This document shows positions 56,282 to 64,000 of a stretch of DNA of 64,000 nucleotides, piece by piece; positions within the stretch are counted from its first letter, which is position 1, and every line of letters starts with the position of its first letter. The position numbers were made by a program, and so were the translations under genes. The stretch comes from Eledone cirrhosa (Eukaryota). The stretch is from positions 35,216,001 through 35,280,000 of the forward strand of contig OZ024745.1 of assembly GCA_964016885.1 (NCBI GenBank), given 5' to 3'. The notes beneath the pieces are model-generated. The model saw only the letters and a list, made by a program, of their open reading frames with translations. It was not told where the DNA came from and did not search any database.

Positions 56282-56363
56282 ACTCCAACTAATTAGTTTC
56301 TGCAATGGGATAAAGACAGTTATGTAATCCAACTGTCGAGAATTCATTGCGTCATCAGGAAGT
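56282..56363 (-). ncRNA. Type I hammerhead ribozyme, copy 2
   Basis: Reverse complement of 56609-56690; 559 bp from copy 1. Confidence 0.85.
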
Positions 56364-56608
56364 CTATTCTCAGTTAAGTCTCCAGGCAATGCGCGGACAC
56401 TGGCGGCTCATATAAAAATAATAATAATTCGGTAGATCGAACAGCTTGCGAGGACTGAATTCTATGTACCGAAATTCTCACTGCTTCAAGTCAAATGGCC
56501 GATTCTAAAGAATTCAGTCCTCGCAAGCTGTTCGATCTACCGAATTATTATTATTTTTATATGAGCCGCCAGTGTCCGCGCATTGCCTGGAGACTTAACT
56601 GAGAATAG

Positions 56609-56690
56609 ACTTCCTGATGACGCAATGAATTCTCGACAGTTGGATTACATAACTGTCTTTATCCCATTGCAGAAACTAATTAGTTGGAGT
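56609..56690 (+). ncRNA. Type I hammerhead ribozyme, copy 3
   Basis: ACUUC-CUGAUGA-[C GCAAUG..GACAGUU..AACUGUC..CAUUGC A]-GAAA-CUAAUUAG-UU-GGAGU; predicted cleavage after 56685. Confidence 0.88.
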
Positions 56691-57167
56691 GAAAATTTAA
56701 GTAAGAAAAAAATTTTTTTTAAAATTTTTTTTAAAAAAATATTTTCTTATTTTACGTCCTTTATATTATTGTTCTGCATTCTCCTGCATTGAACCACCTA
56801 GGTACTATGACATAACCTGTGTATTTGCTGGCATGGGCGTGCATCTGTGCGCTTATGTTAGTTGATATATTAAATTATCTATATTTATCTCCAAATCACT
56901 GATTTGTCGAGCAAACTTGTCAAAACCACTTCTAAAAAAATTTTTTTTGGGGTGTTAGTAGGCGTCAGTCATCTTACCATCCCATTCCTTCTAACTAGCC
57001 TCTGTGTCACGTGATTGATTCTTTAGAATCGGCCATTTGACTTGAAGCAGTGAGAATTTCGGTACATAGAATTCAGTCCTCGCAAGCTGTTCGATCTACC
57101 GAATTATTATTATTTTTATATGAGCCGCCAGTGTCCGCGCATTGCCTGGAGACTTAACTGAGAATAG

Positions 57168-57249
57168 ACTTCCTGATGACGCAATGAATTCTCGACAGTT
57201 GGATTACATAACTGTCTTTATCCCATTGCAGAAACTAATTAGTTGGAGT
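57168..57249 (+). ncRNA. Type I hammerhead ribozyme, copy 4
   Basis: Identical to copy 3 and 559 bp downstream; predicted cleavage after 57244. Confidence 0.88.
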
Positions 57250-57571
57250 GAAAATTTAAGTAAGAAAAAAATTTTTTTTAAAATTTTTTTTAAAAAAATA
57301 TTTTCTTATTTTACGTCCTTTATATTATTGTTCTGCATTCTCCTGCATTGAACCACCTAGGTACTATGACATAACCTGTGTATTTGCTGGCATGGGCGTG
57401 CATCTGTGCGCTTATGTTAGTTGATATATTAAATTATCTATATATATATATATATATATATCAACTAGAAATAGATTGACATATATATATATATATATAA
57501 AATAAACATATGGAACAATCACAGTGGATATGGCGAATGTCTCTCAGACATGACAACCCTTAATTTAATTT

Positions 57572-57637
<66 letters not shown>

Positions 57638-57662
57638 TATACATACACACACACATAAATAC

Positions 57663-57699
<37 letters not shown>

Positions 57700-57929
57700 A
57701 AAAGAGAGATAGAGAGAGAAAGAAACAGAGAAAGAGATAGAGAGAAAGAATCAATCCATTATTGGTTAAGCGTATTTCCCATAGGATCTGGTCGACTCAA
57801 ACATTGCAAGTGAATTAGGATAGATGGAAACTGTGTAGAGGTTCGTCGAAAGGTTTAGCTTTGTCACATATTGTGTTAAGTTGATTCGGCTTGGGAATTA
57901 GGTTAATGGTACAAGTGTTTGTCTGTGTG

Positions 57930-58240
57930 AAGGCGTTTGGTTTAGGGGATTCGGCTCACGATCGTAAGATCGTGATTTCAATTCCTGGCTGCTCGTTATT
58001 AACGAGCAAGACACTTCATTTCACGTTGATCCAGTTCACTCAGCTGGCAAACATGAGTTATGCATGTAATTCGAAGACCCAACCTTTTTGCATTCTGAGT
58101 CACGCTGAATTTCCATGAGAGCTACGTTAAGGGCATGCCGTGTTTGTGGAATTTTCAGATGCTTGCACGTTAATTTCATGAGTAGGCTGTTTCGTTGATC
58201 ATATCAACAGGAACACTTGTTTAACCGACGGAATGCCAGT
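57930..58240 (+). mobile_element. Degenerate second SINE family (tRNA head with a gagcaagacactt core)
   Basis: tRNA-like head ...tcacgatcgtaagatcgtgatttcaattcctgg followed by gagcaagacacttcatttcacgttgatccagttcactcagctg. Confidence 0.6.
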
Positions 58241-59363
58241 TTTGTACAAGTATGTGGGGAATACCCAAGCACTTAAGTTTTGAATTGTGTCTCGCTGATT
58301 CGGCTTGACAACTCCATTAAGTGAACATATCTCTGTGGAACACTAAACCACTAATGTTAATTCGCGGGCTGGACGTTGAATGGTCATTGTCGAAACCAAA
58401 TGATGTCCCACCATATTTAAGAAATTTAAAATATAACCAAGCAATAGACATATATCTAAAGTTGTTACGGTACACATGTTTGTATGTAACGATCCACATG
58501 TTTGTGGAATATTCAACCACTTACATGTTAATTTCAAGAATTGAATGTTCAGTGTATCGAAAGTCTGGTCGGTCATCTTTAAATAACGATCCATTACACT
58601 TAAGAAATGTAAAATATAACAGACCTATAGACATATCCCTCAAGCTAAAAAAAACAAAAAAATAAAAAAACAACAACAATAAAACGCATTTATAATTAAA
58701 TATATGTGACTATATTATTGATGGATAATTAATGGCATTTATTCCATTCGTTAGAAAATGTTAATATGTCATTTATTTATATATTTATCTTTAACTCAAT
58801 TTCTTTTCCTCTCTTTAAATCAGACTAATTTGACGTCTTAAGACCCGCTGAGGGGGCCTTGTTCTTCTGTGAGAACGTCTATCGCTCACTCATCCTCTCA
58901 CTATATATATAGTGAGAGGACGAGTGATATATACAGTATGTGTTTATAGTCACACACATATATATATATGTGTGTGTGTGTATGTATGTATATAAATGTA
59001 TATGACAAAAAACAAATAAATTCTCATTATCATGAATTTTTTTTGTTCATTCCGGTTCATTTGATGTGAGTTTTCTTTTTAAAAGTCCATTTTCTCTTAT
59101 TTTACAATATATATTTTTATGTATTTAAACATTTTTTCGTAGTTTTCAGCTTTATCATTTGAAAGAGAAAAAAAGGAAAAATTTTAAAATTATTTACTTT
59201 AAAATTAGTATGTTAGTCTCAATTTGATGCCAATTTACATTAGTCTCCTGTCTTCAAGCGAATTCTCATTTCATCTTTAATGAAAGCGAATGTTCTGGAA
59301 GACATTAAGCTGAGAACATTACTTTTTCATTGTCTAATTGCATTGCTTATACATATACATATG

Positions 59364-59428
<65 letters not shown>

Positions 59429-59492
59429 AGAGAGAGAGATACATATATGTATACACATAGATACATACAAACCAACACACACATTTATATAT

Positions 59493-59551
<59 letters not shown>

Positions 59552-59824
59552 TTACTAAATTACATTCAAACTGTGTATATATGATTTTTACGAATTTGCA
59601 TCATATAGTTGACATTTAAATATTCTGAATCTCCCCTCTACTCTACTACCCCCCCTCTCTCTACACACACGTGCACACACACACGTGTGTAGACCGTTCT
59701 GTCATCCTACTGAGATATTTTCGCGTGTATAAACATATTAAAGTTTAAGATTATAAAAATCCTAACCATCTATATTGAGCGCACATACACCTATACACAC
59801 AAACGCACAGACTCGTAAATACAT

Positions 59825-59858
<34 letters not shown>

Positions 59859-59899
59859 GTATACTTGTTATATATACATGCATATATATATATATATAT

Positions 59900-60079
59900 A
59901 AAGTTATCCCGGGTTGAATCGGAGGTGACCACAGTAAGTAAGGTACTCAATACATAGCAGAGTATAAAAGTTTTAATATATATGAGATACTACAGGACTA
60001 GAAATGTTTCATTCTTGAGAAATCATCAATGAGAATCCTAATGATTTCCCAAGAATGAAACAGTTCTAGTCCTGTAGAA

Positions 60080-60086
<7 letters not shown>
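59900..60086. mobile_element. (TA)n-embedded element ending in a short fold-back of hammerhead-like cores; copies at 63612-63724, 31935-31980 and ~10512-10545
   Basis: 59981-60086 is a palindrome; right arm CTAATGA-TTTCCCAAGAAT-GAAA-CAGTTCTAGTC. Confidence 0.7.
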
Positions 60087-60159
<73 letters not shown>

Positions 60160-60603
60160 TAAAATAACAGATTAAAGTTTAAGCAAAGAATCGCTGCTTT
60201 CACTCTTAACGGGATCTTCTGAAACTAAATATTTGCTCTAGGGTTCTTATATATTTGATATATATTTATCCTTATCCTGATTATGGTGTATGTTTCCTCC
60301 AGTGTATTAATCTATGAAAGCAGTCCGTTTTTGTAAACGTCGGGTAACCTGTGTGCTCAGAAGTAAGTGCATGTTCATTGTTCTTATCACAGAAACCTAT
60401 ATATATATATATATACGCACACACAAATACACACAGAGACGCGCACACACATATATAAATGCATATATATATATATACATATATATATGTAGTGTTATAT
60501 ATATATATGAACAATATATATATATATACATATATATATGTATTGTTCCAATTAAAGAAACATTACTTGATGAATTTAACCACCTACTGTAGTGTAACCA
60601 GAC

Positions 60604-60664
<61 letters not shown>

Positions 60665-61268
60665 TATGAGAATATTGAGGGCTTCTTTTAAAGGAGATGT
60701 CCCACACGGGTATAAAAAAAATTGAAAATGGAACTAGAGCTTTTTAAGAATATTTATTTATTTATTTATTTACTTTACCGGGTTCATAGTTCTTATGATT
60801 TTCCAAAGTAAAATTGAAATGGAGGGTTTGTGTTTCTCTTGTGGTTTTTCTATACTTAAGTTGTTGAAGATATTATAATTTTTGAGTTTTAATTTCTTTA
60901 TTTGCACCTTCATGCATTTGCTACCAGGGCCCTTACAGCTTGGAACTATGTAGTTGTTAATGCTATGAGAACTGTAGAGGCTGTATAAGAAAACAGAAGG
61001 TTCTAATCAAGGCACTCAAACACGAAAGAAGTCATGCCTTCAAGAATACGTGTATTACTGTACGGCTGTCTGTCCCCATCTGTAACCACACAACCACACA
61101 CCACAATAAAAGGGAAAAATCATAACACGAAAGGAACCTTCGTTAAATACCTTTTCTTTCTTTCTTTCTTTCTTGCTTTTCTTTCTTTCTTTTTGATAAA
61201 TGCAAAGCTCCTTTCCTTTTCAATCATGTTTATAACTATATTTGCATTTTTATTTACTTCTCTTCACG

Positions 61269-61343
<75 letters not shown>

Positions 61344-61685
61344 CCACTCAAAATATTCAATGATTATTTCCCTATCTAAACCTCTTAAATACCAGGGATA
61401 CACACTGACCAACATTTCTCTAAAATGGCTGACTGAATAAATGCATGTTTTTTTTCTCCCATATGTTTTCCCCGTTTCTTCCTTTTCGTACTCTTTATCT
61501 TTCTGTTGCATCTTTTATTCCTCATTTTATCTCCTAATAAAGGATTAGTATCCGAAACGTTAAAAATGTTTTCCTACTCTATCAAGCCTTAAGCTAATAT
61601 ATTTCATCATTGTACTGAGCTGTCTGCTTTGTTATTTCTGTATACGTTTTGCACCCCCACACAAATACACACTTCCATATATATA

Positions 61686-61893
61686 TCATCATCATCATCA
61701 TCATCATCATCATTTTACGTCCGCTTTTCCCTGCTTGCAAGGGTGGGACGGGTCTTATTCAGCACAGCATCTCTCCACTCGTCACGGTCCTTCGTCATCT
61801 CCACCGTGAGCTTCAATGATCTGAGGTCTGTTCTCACCACCTCCGCCCATGTTTTTCATGGTCTACCTCTACCACGTCTTCCTTCAACTGGCA
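61686..61893 (-). mobile_element. RTE-clade LINE 3' end with (GAT)n tail
   Basis: Minus strand reads VEGRRGRGRP*KTWAEVVRTDLR...KDRDEWR followed by (GAT)n. Confidence 0.75.
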
Positions 61894-62411
61894 TAATAAT
61901 CACCCAGGTGGCGGTCCTGCCCTTAATTGTAAGTTGAACTCTATTTATTTATATTATTTCGATTTGTACACATTTGGCATCTCTGTCTTTCTTATTCATC
62001 TAACTAACCAGGTTGAGAGCCTCGGCTCTTATTCGGTTATTTTACCGCAACAGTGTTTTCCCTCGTAATGGCGGATTCCAATTACCCTCCTCTTTTGAAG
62101 ATCACGTGGTCCTGCCACAGTATGAAACTGTTATCAATATCGCTGTGATTTATTAGTCCAAATCTGCCAGTCTATCTGATAAATATCTTCTGTTTAGGAT
62201 TGAACTTCCGCTGATGATATGTCACGACAACTCTAGTTATGTAATATTTGGAAGTATTGCATATATTCTATAGGATTTGCTCACGTAACTGTTGTGCACA
62301 GGATTTCGCATGGAAACTGTTTGTTTGTCTTCCACAAAAACACCTTGACCGGTCTCAGAGGTGAAATTTCGAGGTGTAAAAACCCATAGTCTTTATCATT
62401 TCTTATGTATG

Positions 62412-62463
<52 letters not shown>

Positions 62464-62704
62464 GGCTAACTGAATACACACGTGGTTTTCCCCAAAACTT
62501 CTTTGTTTTTAATTATTTCTCTTCTCAATCTCCTCTATCTGTTTGTTTACTTCTTCATTTTATCTTCTGATGAAGGACTAACGCCTGAAAGGTTAAGACA
62601 CCTTTCTTACTATATCAAGCGTTCAACCAATAATTATCTTCATTGCATTGTATCGTTTTCTTGTATCATTTTGTATACACACACACACACACACACACAC
62701 ATGT

Positions 62705-62747
<43 letters not shown>

Positions 62748-62771
62748 GGCACACACACTCGCACACACTCG

Positions 62772-62829
<58 letters not shown>

Positions 62830-62874
62830 TACATATAGTGAGCGAAGGCTTTGGAATAATCACAGAGGCAAATT

Positions 62875-62947
<73 letters not shown>

Positions 62948-63018
62948 ACAGAGATACAATATATACTTACAGACATATACAAACACAGGCATACGCATAT
63001 ATTTACATATATATAAAT

Positions 63019-63087
<69 letters not shown>

Positions 63088-63090
<3 letters not shown>

Positions 63091-63236
63091 AAAAAAGATG
63101 AAATCGAAAATACAACTGAAGTCTTTTTTTTTAATATATTTATTTGGTTCCTTTACCGGTTTCGCAGTTCTTGTGCTTTTCAAAAGTAGAATTAAGATGG
63201 GGGTCTGTGGTTTATATATATATATTATATATATAT

Positions 63237-63312
<76 letters not shown>

Positions 63313-63330
63313 TGTATATATATATATATA

Positions 63331-63414
<84 letters not shown>

Positions 63415-63564
63415 TGTATATATATATATATAATATATATATTGACCAAAAACCCTCCATCTCAATTCTACTTTTGAAAAGCACAAGAACTGCGAAACCG
63501 GTAAAGGAACCAAATAAATATATTAAAAAAAGACTCCAGTTGTATTTTTGATTTCATCTTTTTT

Positions 63565-63567
<3 letters not shown>
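63088..63567. mobile_element. Fold-back centred on (TA)n, with variant-core hammerheads in both arms (63151-63186 -, 63471-63506 +)
   Basis: CUU-UUGAAAA-GCA(CAAGAAC)UGC-GAAA-CCGG-UA-AAG then AAUAAA; nested in outer inverted arms 62942-63012 / 63762-63834; degenerate copy at ~60750-60830. Confidence 0.8.
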
Positions 63568-63612
<45 letters not shown>

Positions 63613-64000
63613 GTTATTCCGGGTTGAATCGGAGGTAACCACAGTAAGTAAGGTACTCAATACATAGCAGAGTATAACAGTTTTAATATAGATGAGATTC
63701 TACAGGACTAGAACTGTTTCATTCAATATATATATATTTATATATATATATATTTATATTTATATATATGTAAATATATGCGTATGCCTGTCTTTGTATA
63801 TGTCTGTAAGTATATATTGTATCTCTGTACACACGTTATTCTGTACAGGTTCATTAAATAATTGGTATTCAAAAAAATGTCGAACGTTTTGATTGTCGGA
63901 TATTTGATTGACATTTTTGGCTATTCCAACTGATGTGTCTTCTCTCAGCAATATTCTCTAGATACTATTAAATCTTTTATAGCTTTTTCGTGATTCGACA

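Larger units (their letters stand above)
55645..57440. mobile_element. Retrozyme or non-autonomous Penelope-like insertion: 559-bp unit, ~1.55 copies (-) joined head-to-head to ~1.67 copies (+), embedded in (TA)n
   Basis: Exact 559-bp periodicity, near-identical units, inversion junction at ~56509-56513, four hammerheads. Confidence 0.88.

Noticed and set aside
56180-57351. Three identical 69-aa ORFs (MPGDLTENRL...)
   Set aside because: TTG start, no recognisable domain and overlap with the ribozyme; a by-product of the 559-bp repeat
58812-58880. GACGT-CTTAAGA-CCC..GGG...ACGTC, and ACACCT...GAAA...AGGTGT at ~62340
   Set aside because: Stem I-like pairing is present but the catalytic core is too degenerate to support

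Overview
AT-rich, microsatellite-dense eukaryotic DNA. The SINE repertoire suggests an octopod cephalopod (inference). The only host gene I can support is a minus-strand carbonic anhydrase-related protein (CA10/CA11-like), seen as two exons at 20261-20397 and 12923-13114. The rest is intronic or intergenic repeat: L1/Tx1, R4/Dong-like, RTE and CRE-like non-LTR retrotransposon remnants, mariner elements and MITEs, and tRNA-derived SINEs. The most striking signal is a set of (TA)n-embedded fold-back elements carrying type I hammerhead ribozyme (HHR) motifs, often with palindromic stem III, as in Penelope-like element pLTRs and retrozymes. The best case is a very young 1.8-kb insertion (55645-57440) built from a 559-bp non-coding unit in tandem plus inverted arrangement, with four intact hammerheads. 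Several other HHR families are intact, variant-core or half-ribozyme fold-backs, and several inverted duplications are centred on (TA)n. All structures were read by eye; no searches or folding programs were run.
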